64,000 bases of DNA from Podarcis pityusensis (taxonomy: Eukaryota), in NCBI GenBank assembly GCA_964106645.2, contig OZ067043.1; one strand, 5' to 3'. The position numbers and the translations under genes are program-made. The notes beneath the pieces were generated by a model, which was given only the letters and a program-made list of their open reading frames with translations, ran no database searches and was not told the DNA's origin. Positions 1 through 10,912 of this stretch are shown piece after piece; the first letter of the stretch is position 1; every line of letters begins with the position of its first letter.

Positions 1-164
1 GTCAGGCCAGTGTCTCATTTTGTCCAGCATCCTGTTCTCACAGGGGCCAACCAGATACCTATGGGAAGCCCAAGCAAGACCTGAATGGAATAACACTCTC
101 CCCAAGCAGCAGGGCTATTGTAGTCTAAAACTACAGGAGTACATGAGGTAGGGAAGGCTTCTCT

Positions 165-513
165 AACACACTCCAACATATCCCCAATGATTCCATGATA
201 ATAATATTATTTTTATTATTTATGCCTTGTCCATCTGACTGGGTTGACCAGCCACTCTGGGTGGCTTCCAACATATATAAAAACATTAAACATTAAAAAA
301 AAAACCCTTCTCTATACAGGGCTAGCCTTCAGGTGTCTTCTAAAGGTTGTATAGTTACTTATCCCCTTAGCTCAGGGGTCGCATAACTCCATACCCTCCC
401 ACATTTCTCCAGTGAAAATAGGGAAGTCCTAAGGAAAAGAGGCACATTCCAGGATCAAATCAGAAACTGGAATGGCTTGTGTAAATCCAGGACTATCCCA
501 CTTGGAGGGTCTG
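165..513 (-). mobile_element. Composite non-autonomous TIR element carrying an L2 3' tail (copy A)
   Basis: Ends in ttggagggtctg at 502-513 (reverse complement cagaccctccaa). Internal cataccctcccacatttctccagtgaaaataggga. An L2-tail segment spans about 200-365. Colinear with 31743-32511. Confidence 0.7.
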
Positions 514-1434
514 GTCTATGGAGACCAGGCTTATGAAAGCTTCGGCCTAATTTTACCTGAGGTGGAACCTGTGTCTAGTGGAACCTAGGTTATATATCAC
601 TAAACATCAGGTGGAGGCTCAGATGATGAAATGCTCAACCATACCCCAACCCTCTTACGGAACATCCTTCATGTAGAAAACGAGATGTCAGCCAGAAGGC
701 AAAGCTTGTCGCTATAGGTCTCCAGTTGTAATAAGTATTAACTCTGCAGCCACATCCAAAATGTTAAATGGCTTTTTACAGTGTAGTTCCTAAAAATAGC
801 TTGACATTTTAAAGATCAAAGATGAACAAAGGCACCTATTTCCGTGACACAATTTGCAAGAGAATCCATTATTAACTGTACTCTTTTGTACCGAAGTAAG
901 ACATAAATGATCCTCTAAGTGGAAATGTCTGAACCTATGAGTTCAGAATGCATGCAATCCTAGTTGCTGTTTTGGAATACTTTTTTCAGATCTGCTTCAG
1001 AAATGGTTTTAAGTTGTATAATGTATGCCCCATCTGTCTCTTACAGCTGCTGCCTCCATTTGCCTATTTTTCACCAGGGAACCATTTATAGAACCACTTT
1101 CTTTTCATCCCAAAGCAGATATAATATAGAAAAATACCATTGTCTGAATGCTGCACTGTGTGCTCCGATTGCAAGGCAACACACACCAACATAAGCATAT
1201 CAGAAAGATGGTTTGTAGGTGGCAGGCTAAATAGGAATATTTCCCATTCAGTCTAGACTAAATAAACTCTGTGGCCCACCAGATATTATTGGACAACAAC
1301 TCCCATCAGCCTAAGCTAGCAAGGTCAATGGTCAGAGAAGATGGGAATTGTAGTTCAATGACATCCGAAGCACAGCAAGGTGGCAAAGCCTGCCCTAGAT
1401 GGAAAAGAAACTTAAGAGGCAATAGCATGAATTA

Positions 1435-1762
1435 AAAAGGTAAAGGACCCCTGACCATTAGGTCCAGTTGTTGACAACTCTGGGGTGGCGGCGCTCATCT
1501 CGCTTTATTGGCCGAGGGAGCCAGTGTACAGCTTCCGGGTCATGTGGCCAGCATGACTAAGCCGCTTCTTGTGAACCAGAGCAGCACACGGAAACGCCGT
1601 TTACCTTCCCGCCGGAGCGGTACCTATTTATCTACTTGCACTTTGTGCTTTTGAACTGCTAGGTGGGCAGGAGATGGGACCGAACAACGAGAGCTCACCC
1701 CATCGCAGGGATTCAAACTGCCGACCTTCTGATCGGCAAACTCTGTGGTTTAACCCACAGCG
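1435..1762 (-). mobile_element. Sauria SINE
   Basis: Reverse complement of the copy at 2547-2900, with an aaaggtaaagg (ACCTTT-type) tail at the left end. Confidence 0.9.
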
Positions 1763-2217
1763 AATTAACCCTTAGTACATACCCTACTGATGCAATGTCC
1801 TTGTGGAATTGGCTCTTAAATAAGGTCCAGCGTGTGAGCGAGAGTGTTTTAATTTAACCCCCATATTTGCATTTTCTTCGGCAAACAAAGACTGTTTTAT
1901 TAGTAAATATTCCTCAGCTTCCTTCTGTCTGCCTGGTCGTTTTTTATAAAAACAATCAGTCAGGGGTTTATGCAGGCAGGTGGGCAGCCTCCTTTTGTCT
2001 TCAAGAAAAAAAGCATTATCCCAGTCCTCCCTGCCACCCCCTCTCCCTCCCTCCCCCCCCCCCATCCAAGACAAGCACATTAACAGAGGAGTGACAGGTC
2101 TGAGATGGTGTTGGCTTGGGGAGTGAGAGAGGTCTGACATACCTTGTGCCTAGAGCCTACATTTAGCCACTCCTCAAAGGCCCTTTGGTGGGCCTCATTG
2201 ACAACATTTTTCAAATG

Positions 2218-2219
<2 letters not shown>

Positions 2220-2257
<38 letters not shown>
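2220..2257. repeat. (TA)n microsatellite
   Basis: Direct reading. Confidence 0.95.
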
Positions 2258-2262
<5 letters not shown>

Positions 2263-2546
2263 CCCTGTGTTTAATTTATTTACCGAGTCTAGCTCAGTTC
2301 TGACAGAATATTGGTGCTGTTCAAAGGGATTATTTTATAGGCAGGATGTGTAGTTTTCCCAAGGCCATATACTGTGTTTGTGGCTTTAGATTAGACTGAA
2401 GAAAGAAAGTAAATCATAGACAGTATAGGACTTTGTCTGCATACACACCGCACATTTAAAGCAACACTTCCTTCCCCCTGCAAATCCTGGGTCTCAGGAT
2501 TCCTGGAGGGGGAATGTGCTTTAACGGGTTTGTAGGACTGGTGGGA

Positions 2547-2900
2547 GGGATGCGGGTGGTGCTGTGGTCTAAACCACAGAGCCTAGGGCTTGCCAATCAG
2601 AAGGTCAGTGGTTCGAATCCCTGCGACGGGGTGAGCTCCCGTTGCTCGGTCCCTGCTCCTGCCAACCTAGCAGTTCGAAAGAACGTCAAAGTGCAAGTAG
2701 ATAAATAGGTACCGCTCCGACGGGAAGGTAAATGGCGTTTCCGTGCGCTGCTCTGGTTTTCCAGAAGCAGCTTAGTCATGCTGGCCACATGACCTGGAAG
2801 CTGTACGCCGGCTCCCTCAGCCAATAAAGCGAGATGAGTGCCGCAACCCCAGAGTCGACCGCAACTGGACCTAATGGTCAGGGGTCCCTTTACCTTTACC
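2547..2900 (+). mobile_element. Full-length Sauria SINE
   Basis: tRNA-like head with B box ggttcgaatcc and (ACCTTT)n tail. TSD taggactggtggga at 2533-2546 and 2901-2914. Confidence 0.93.
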
Positions 2901-4403
2901 TAGGACTGGTGGGAGAGCTTTACTTTCTGTTTCCATTACGTATGGAAAGAAGGGAGATCAAGTCTCATGAAAGGGATAGACACATGGTCGTGTGTCGTGT
3001 ATGCGTGGTTAAACCAAGGAAACCAAGTTTGCAGCTACAAAGCTTACTACAAGGTGACCTTGACCCATTCACTGTCTGTCAGCCTTCCATGCCTCACAGA
3101 GATGTTGTAGGGTGAAAAGGGGGAGGAGACACACACATGTTGTCCTGATCTCCTTCATGGAAGCGCAGAATAAAAGAAAACTATAAATAATACTCAATCT
3201 CTTGGTAATAAGCCCCACTGAACTCACTAGGGCCTACTTCTGAGTAAACATACGCAGAATGGTCTTGTGTGTGTTTTTGCCTTTCTCAGATTTTTTCTTC
3301 CAAAGCCAGCTTTGCAGGTGGCAATATACAAGTTGATTGCACTAACTCTGAGAATTGCTTGAGACAAGAAAGAAACTAATACATCATATCTGCATAGCCT
3401 TGGGACCTGTGGCAGGTCAAAGCAGGTTTGGCAGCTGGTTGCAAGAAAAGCTGCTTTTCACACATAAAGGTCATCTTAATGTGAGATCCTTATCTTGCTG
3501 ATGTATTGCCCTAAATCTCTATATATATATTTTTCCCCTTTCTGACAAAGTGCTTTAATAGGCTCTCCTTGCATTCCTTGGAAGTCTGGGTTACAAAAAC
3601 ATCAAGCTTCAGATAGGCATCTTGGCTGTAAATACTTGGTTAGTAAATTGGTGCAGATGAAGAATTTCAAGTTGTTCCTTCCCATTGTAGTCCCACTAAA
3701 TTATGTGTAATTCTTGTTCTTTTCTTTTTAATTTGCTGTGATCATAACAAATTGGGAAATGCTTTAGACGCTAAGGAAAATCTTGATGACAATGAAACAA
3801 AGCAAACAGAAGCTTAGAATCCTTGACAAACTCACAAAGCACACCAGAGAACGCTCTAGAGTAAGAATATTGCAATAAGATTAGAGGTAAAAAAAAAAAA
3901 AAATTACAGTTATGGAAAGTAATACTTTGCTTCTGTTTTTAAAATGAAGCATTCTGTTTAGTCTGTTATCCAAGGAAAGAAGGAAATATTTAGAAAATTG
4001 AATAGGAAAGTCAGTACACAACTTGCTGAAGAAGGAAGCAAAATATATTTGGATAGGCTTGTTGAATTTTTTAAAAAGTTTTTAGCAAGCAGTATACTAA
4101 ACAGTATATAAATTTTGCTTGCCAAATTTAATAGTTAAGGCCTTATTTTCATAACGCCCCTTACAAAATGTTGTAAAATATTCACAAACATTAATCTTTG
4201 AAATGATAATCATGATAAGCATATTAAAAAGCAGTTAACAGATTAAAGAACAACAACAAAAACCCTTCATTGACCTTTGTGATCAATGAAGCCACTCATT
4301 GTTGCCCAAAGTTTCATGGCTCTATGAAGCAACTGTAACAATGACAATTAATTAAAAGAAACCCTCCCCCTACCTCTCCATGCTATCTGTCCTGCATGCT
4401 TTA

Positions 4404-4482
4404 GTTGAGATTCCTGAATTGGGGAGGGGGTTGGACTAGATTACCCTCAGGATCCCTTCCAACAATTCTATGTTTCTATGAT
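4404..4482 (+). mobile_element. CR1 LINE 3' end fragment
   Basis: gggttggactagat...cccttccaac...attctatgtttctatgatt, the typical CR1 terminal (ATTCTATG-type) tail. Confidence 0.7.
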
Positions 4483-6822
4483 TTTTTGCATTCATTAAAC
4501 TGTATCTGAAAAATATTATTGATTGCTTTGCTCTGCTGAATTTTCCCAATCTTGTTCAGAGAAGCATAGGGCATGTAATAGTATTTGATTATAGCAACGT
4601 TAGTGGCATTATCTGGAGGTGTTGGGCTAATGGCAGCAGTGGTACAGAACGGCAGCAGTGCCTGCAATGTAGGAAATCTCATGGCTTGAATAAATTCCCA
4701 AGAAAATCAGAGGGACCAAGCATTCGTGCTAAGGTTCATTTGACTGAACTAAGGAACCCTGTTGAGGCATTTCTGGGTGAGTGAGTGGAAAGGGTGTCCA
4801 AAAGTTTGTGGGAGGGGCAGAGTGTGCGTGCAATCCCCCCCCCCCCCCAATATCTATGCATGAAGGGGTTTTATTTTCAGCCGGAGCTCACCAGAACTTA
4901 GCCCTGGCACGTCTCAGTTGGATGAGACTGCCATTCTAAGAGAACAAGGGAGAAGTTCGTGGTGATCTCCAGCACTGCTTGCATATATTGGCTCCACTTC
5001 TGAGATTCCCACATTCAGTGTGAAAATCTGAGGAGGGATTCAAGGTGTGTTTGCCTGAACATGCTTGCAGTCCTTCCCATTACCACAAACCTTGTTTTAT
5101 CAGGGTTCCCAACCACAGGAAATATTGGAGGTCGTCCAGAGTGGCTGGAACAACCCAGTCAGATGGGCAGTGTATAAATACGTTGTTGTTGTTGTTGTTA
5201 CTTTAGCAAGTTCAATCAATTGCACTTAAAATCCCACTTCAGACTTTCATGCCGAAAGCCTAGATCGGCATTGACTCCAACAGGAACAGGAAGTAAACTG
5301 CAAAAGAGGGTAAGATAAGATAAGATAAGTGCTCTTTGTGTCCTCTTCCCATAAAGGTCCTGGGGAAAGATGTGCTTCAGTTTCTGTGTTATAAAAACAT
5401 AAGGGCACAATGTTGGAGAACAGGGAGCTAACAACAGGCACACACGCAAGCACGCACGCACACACACACACGCACACACACGTACAAAGGAAATGTGTGG
5501 CTTTGGAAAGATCTGAAAACATCAGGAAAATGTAGCAGAGGGCAAAAAGAATGCAAGGAATTGTTGCAATTATCAGCTACAATTTATCACATGTGTTGTC
5601 ATTATTTTCTTATTTGAGACACAAAATATCCACAAAGGAGCAGGTTCCATTTTACGGCAAACATGGCACACACGTGTGTGTGTGTGTGTGTGTGTGTGTG
5701 GATAGGAGCCCCGTTCATCAGACCCATGAGTTCTTAATCTACCTAGTTAGATAGTTTAGATAGGGTGGGGTGGGTGGAAATGATACACAGGCCAAAAAAT
5801 GCAGAGAGGTACACTCCGTGCTGCTTTGTGGTTACAGTTTCAAGGCAGCTAAGCTTGTCAGCCAAAATATTTCACCAGCCTTCAAACTAACAGCACTATG
5901 TGACCCAAAGGTACTTTCCAGGGTCCCTTGCTATCCCGTGGATAATTCCATTGCTGGACACAAACATTGCTCAGATTATTTGTGTTGGCACCTCTAAAAA
6001 TATGGCTGTTATCAAGCAACTGCCTGTGCACTCAGGACAGCCTAGAATATCAAAGGAAACTCTTGGGCACATCAAAAGCAAAAGGCCATATAATTAACAA
6101 AACAACAACAAGACAAGACAATCAAAATGGGATGGTTGCATACTGTCAATGAAGATCAATAGGAACAAGGGCATTACAAAGGAGGAACTTGGGTAAAGTT
6201 TATGGTGGCTGATGGCTATCCATACACGTCAGTGTTTAGCATTCAAATACAAAAGTCTCCTGCTTACATTCCATATGCAAACTATTCCAAGGTGGCTGCA
6301 AAACAGGTGCTTGGGGGAATGTCTCTGCTGCCCACATATAACAGAGATGTTGGGGGGAATTCCTAAGGCAGTCTATTGTTATGCTTGTATCCTCCTTTGA
6401 AACCCAAGTCTTTTGGGCTGAGATCACTTGAGCACTGCATTTTTATAGTGGACTTGCAGTTTGTTTTAAAGTCAAAATCCAAACCTATTTCAAACAGCAG
6501 TACCCACAACAAAATGTTGCGGCATGGAGGACTCCTGTTCAATATTCCAATCAGCCAGCCATGCCTTCCTCCAAGATACTGCCTCATTATGTTATTTTTG
6601 GAATCCTACCTTCCTTAGCCCCCCCCCCGCCTAAAGAACCTTCATACTTCTACAAATCTGGGAAGTTTTCCGAGTCTGCTGATACCTCCCTCTTAGATAG
6701 ATAATTTACGGTCAGAGACCAGCTTATAAAACACACACAGGGGAACAGTCCCAGAAGGAAAACAAACAATTAAAGCAATGTACAACAATAAATTTAAAAT
6801 TTATAAATGCATGAAGTGTATA

Positions 6823-7046
6823 CAGTGGTACCTCAGGTTACATACGCTTCAGGTTACATACGCTTCAGGTTACATACGCTTCAGGTTACAGACTCCGCTA
6901 ACCCAGAAATAGTACCTTGGGTTAAGAACTTTGCTTCAGGATGAGAACAGAAATCATGCTCCAGCGGCGCAGTGGCAGCAGGAGGCCCCATTAGCTAAAG
7001 TGGTGCTTCAGATTAAGAACAGTTTCAGGTTAAGAACAGACCTCCG
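6823..7046 (+). mobile_element. Tc1/mariner (Tigger-like) MITE, right end missing
   Basis: TA|cagtggtacctc left terminus. About 3.5 tandem copies of the 16-bp unit caggttacatacgctt at 6834-6890. Confidence 0.75.
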
Positions 7047-7049
7047 AGT

Positions 7050-7370
7050 TTGGGGATTTTTTTAACAAACTAGTTTGAGTCAGGAGATAGTCTGCACCTA
7101 CTGATCTGTACACAGAATCTGGCGACAGGAAAAGGTTGAATTTTTGCTTTTCTGGGAGGTCACCAAGCCTCACCAGTAGGGGATCAGTGGTCTTACTACG
7201 TACCTTTTCATAAAAGGGACATCTAAAGAACAAGTGCTGTGGTCTTCCTATCTCCCCCAATGAACAAGCGCAAAGTCTCTGAGCATATGGAACTTTTTAA
7301 AAGGCTCCTTCCAGGACCAGCGAGGGCAGGGCCAAGCTTATGGCGAGTGTAAAGGCCCTTCTTGCATACC
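7050..7370 (-). mobile_element. Decayed non-LTR retrotransposon ORF2 C-terminus (RTE-X-like, clade uncertain)
   Basis: With one frameshift it reads RRAFTLA..LPSLVLEGAF/KKVPYAQRLCACSLGEIGRPQHLFFRCPFYEKVR, a CCHC-type C-terminal motif. Confidence 0.6.
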
Positions 7371-7386
7371 TCCCTCTTACACGAGA

Positions 7387-7560
7387 ATAAGAACATAAGA
7401 AGCTGTTGGATCAGGGCAGTGGCCCATCTAGTCCGGCCTCCTTTTCTCATAGTGGCGAACTGTGTTTTCCAGCAACTAGCATTCAGAAGCAAGCAGCCTC
7501 CAACAGTAGAGGTAGAACACAGCCGTTGTGGAGAGTTGCCATTGAAAGCCTTTACATCCT
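7387..7560 (-). mobile_element. CR1-like 3' end fragment
   Basis: taagaacataagaag tail followed by ggatcagg..gtggcccatctagtcc. Related sequence at 1-100. Confidence 0.55.
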
Positions 7561-7619
7561 GGCGTTATCAGCACCACACTCAACTCCAAACTAAAAAGCA
7601 CCAAACATTATAACAGTAC

Positions 7620-7685
7620 ATAGATAGCTCAGTTGCTTAGAGGATGTTGCTGATAATGCCAAGGTTGCAGGTTCGATTTCCTCAA
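7620..7685 (+). pseudogene. Degenerate tRNA-Ile-like sequence (tRNA pseudogene or SINE head)
   Basis: A box tagctcagttg (7625-7635), anticodon loop ctgataa (7650-7656), B box ggttcgatttc (7670-7680). The acceptor stem is broken. Confidence 0.6.
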
Positions 7686-8682
7686 AGGAGAGTTTCTTCG
7701 TCGCCTTGATCATTTTGGTTGCTATTTACATACGTAAGCAGCAGCACTCACCTCTGAATATCAGAAATACAAGGAACTTAAAGAATACCCAATTGAGCTG
7801 AGTACAATGCCTACACTGAGTACACTGCCTGTCTTAATTCAAGCTCTGGGTGCCCAGACTTTGTGCCAAATTGCAATGAATTCAGTTGCATATGAGCATA
7901 AAAGTCTTATCTTGCCTGAGCACAGGAACAAACAAAACAAAACGGATTTGCCTAGTTCTATTTTCCAAGCTGATTTTAAACTGCTAGCATTTTCCATAAT
8001 GGCAAAATCTATTAAGTTTAAAATTTCCTTTCCACTTTAATAATTTCAAGGATCATCAACACCACAATTCTGAGGATTTATTTTTCTAAAGAGAGGGAGA
8101 GGATTAATCTTAGTCTTGAAACTCAGCTGCTTGCACCTTCATAAAGGAGCAAAAATTGAGACTCTTAATGCCTAATTTTTATATTTAGCATTGTTTTCAT
8201 CTTACCTTTATTTTTCTGGCTTAAATGGTCCCAGAAGGCGCAAAAGGCAGAGGACCAGGCCTGCTAATATCTGGTTGCTGCTGTGTGAATAAGCTTACAA
8301 ACACACACCTAATGTATCAGCGTGGATTGCAGATATTTCTTCTGTCTTTTAGCTGGACGAGTTCAGCTTTTGCAACACATCCTTCTGTTTCTTAGCGATT
8401 ATATTTTAGTGGGTGTATAATAAAGGGGGGAATAGCTGATTTGTTTAACTGGGAGAAATTAAAATAAGTAATTTGGCAATTTCAAATTCAACTCAGAAGC
8501 TTCTAACACTACTTAAACAAACCTAAGGCAAAATCCAGAATACAAACTAATGGATTATTAGCAGAGCTTGCTGTTTTATGGGTGGCAAAATCATTCTCAT
8601 GTATTTGTGATGTATTTGTGATGATCATGTGTAATTGGAACTGGTAGCAAGCAACAGGGAAGGACATGCCTATTACATTATA

Positions 8683-8778
8683 AAACGTAAGATGCTGCCT
8701 TCTACAGAGTCAGAATGTTTCTCCATCTAGCTCAGGACAGTTGACACTAATGGGCAGAGGCTCTCCAGGATTTCAGAC
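8683..8778 (-). mobile_element. Squamate tRNA-derived SINE 3' part (Squam2-like)
   Basis: Reverse strand reads ctggagagcc..tgagctagatgg..tctgactc..aaggcagc. Related pieces at 17085-17165, 21755-21816 and 40765-40875. Confidence 0.5.
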
Positions 8779-9125
8779 CCAGTGACACTCCTGGAGTGAA
8801 GACTTACAGTATAGGTGTAAAGCTCTCGACTTTATTTAAAGTGCTTTAAGATCTGCAGCAAGATATAATGAACAGCTGCAGGCTCAGAATCTGCACAGAG
8901 AATGTAGGGCTTTCAGATGCCCTTATGTCCAGTCTTGGACAACCCCATCTGGCTCAAACCCCATTACCTGTTTAAACCTAAATAGGGTTGTCATTGCCAA
9001 CTCACTCTACAAGAGTCCACTCTCAAATGGTGCTGGAATCATACCAGTGACAAGCTTTGTGTGCTGGAGAAACAAAGGGGATGATGGAATCAGAACAAAT
9101 TCAATTGTAGCTATTTATAGTTGGG

Positions 9126-9127
<2 letters not shown>

Positions 9128-9173
<46 letters not shown>
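9128..9173. repeat. (TA)n microsatellite
   Basis: Direct reading. Confidence 0.95.
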
Positions 9174-9178
<5 letters not shown>

Positions 9179-9727
9179 AGTTGTAAATAGTGTATGCTGA
9201 CATTTTAAAAAATGATGCTAAGAGACTTGACTTTAAAGAACTGCTCCATAGAAATTATTATGTACATCCATGTAATACCTGTAAATGAATATGATTCCAA
9301 TAACATTGATAGTGCACTTTACAATTTGCAAAGTGAATTAGCTGCAGTAAAATAATCCTAACCATCCTGAAAGGTTTGTAACTATTATTAAGACCATACT
9401 GCAGAGATCTTTCTTGTTCGAGGAACTAAGCGTTGCTTTTAGCTTCATACGTGTGAAGACTTAGTAATGTAGCATTAAGGAAATCATCACAATGCAAATG
9501 ATACTGCTTTGACTGAATTGAGCACTCTTCCTTACCCTTTTTCAGACTTTCCCCGATCCTTATTGTATCTTAGGTGGTTGCGGGGGATGCAAGTTCACCG
9601 ACTAAGCAGGATCAGCTGTTCTCCATGGCTTGCCAATGAGATACATTTGTCTTTTGTGTGATCAATGGCTGAACACTGCATAGTTCAAATCATTGATCAC
9701 CATACAGTGACTCCAGATGCTACTATA

Positions 9728-10336
9728 TAATAATAATAATAATAATTTATTATTTGTACCCCACCCATCTGGCTGGGTTTCCCCAGCCACTCTGGGCGGC
9801 TTCCAACAAAAATGAAAAATACACTAAAATGTCACATATTAAAAACTTCCCTGAACAGGGCTGCCTTCAGATGTCTTCTGAATGTCAGGTAGTTGTTTAT
9901 CGCTTTGACATCTGATGGGAGGGCGTTCCACAGGGCGGGCGCCACTACCGAGAAGGCCCTCTGCCTGGTTCCCTGTAACTTGGCCTCTCGCAGTGAGGGA
10001 ACCGCCAGAAGGCCCTCAGAGCTGGACCTCAGTGTCCGGGCAGAACGATGGGGGTGGAGACGCTCCTTCAGATATACTGGACCGAGGCCGTTTAGGGCTT
10101 TAAAGGTCAGCACCAACACTTTGAATTGTGCTCGGAAACGTACTGGGAGCCAATGTAGGTCTTTCAAGACCAGTGTTATATGGTCTCGGCAGCCGCTCCC
10201 AGTCACCAGTCTAGCTGCCGCATTCTGGATTAGTTGTAGTTTCCGGGTCACCTTCAAAGGTAGCCCCACGTAGAGCGCATTACAGTAGTCCAAGCAGGAG
10301 ATAACCAGAGCATGCACCACTCTGGCGAGACAGTCT
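9728..10336 (-). mobile_element. L2-clade LINE, 5'-truncated (ORF2 C-terminus plus 3'UTR)
   Basis: ORF 9832-10455 contains HALVISCLDYCNALYVGLP..LQLIQNAAARLV..LHWLPVRFRAQFK..RAFSVVAPALWNALP. Trinucleotide TAA/TTA tail at 9728-9746. Confidence 0.92.
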
Positions 10337-10912
10337 GCTATACTCTTAAGGGGAATGGGAGATGGAAGAGCACACCATAAGGAGGAGGAAAATCCCCCCC
10401 AATAAATATTTATAGGTATTTCAAGGTGGGATATTAAATATAATATAAATTTCACAGGAAGAGTTTGAAAAATGTTCCTGACTTCTAATAAGTGCCAGCT
10501 TCAAACGTTATGACCTTGTCCCTATGCATGAGCAGAAACAAATAAACAAAGCTCAGTGTCAAATGTTGATGGGCAAGGAGAGCCAGGTGCTTAGGTTGTT
10601 TTTGCAGATGGCTTACCTGGATTTAAGTTTGCTGCATAAAAAAATGTTAAATAATGTGCAACATTCTTAAGCTATGGTGCTTATTTCATAGGTTGATAGG
10701 GTATGATGGTTTGAAATCAGGAAAGTCCCAGAGTTCTAAAGTAATGTGATGGCTGGGAATAGCAAAGAATACTTTTATCAGAGTGGTCCCTAAAAATAAG
10801 TGACGTTGGGGCTACAGTATATTATGAGCACACGAGGCACTGAACACCTTGGGACCAGGTCACCTTGGTTCCCACTGCCTGGGCACTTTGATCCTTGGGA
10901 GAGACACTTTCA

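Noticed and set aside
6834-6890. Short direct repeats as a CRISPR-like array
   Set aside because: Head-to-tail repeats without spacers inside a MITE, in eukaryotic DNA with no cas genes.
9832-10455. 207-aa ORF as a host gene
   Set aside because: The C-terminal part is L2 ORF2, and the first 40 or so residues are read-in from flanking DNA.
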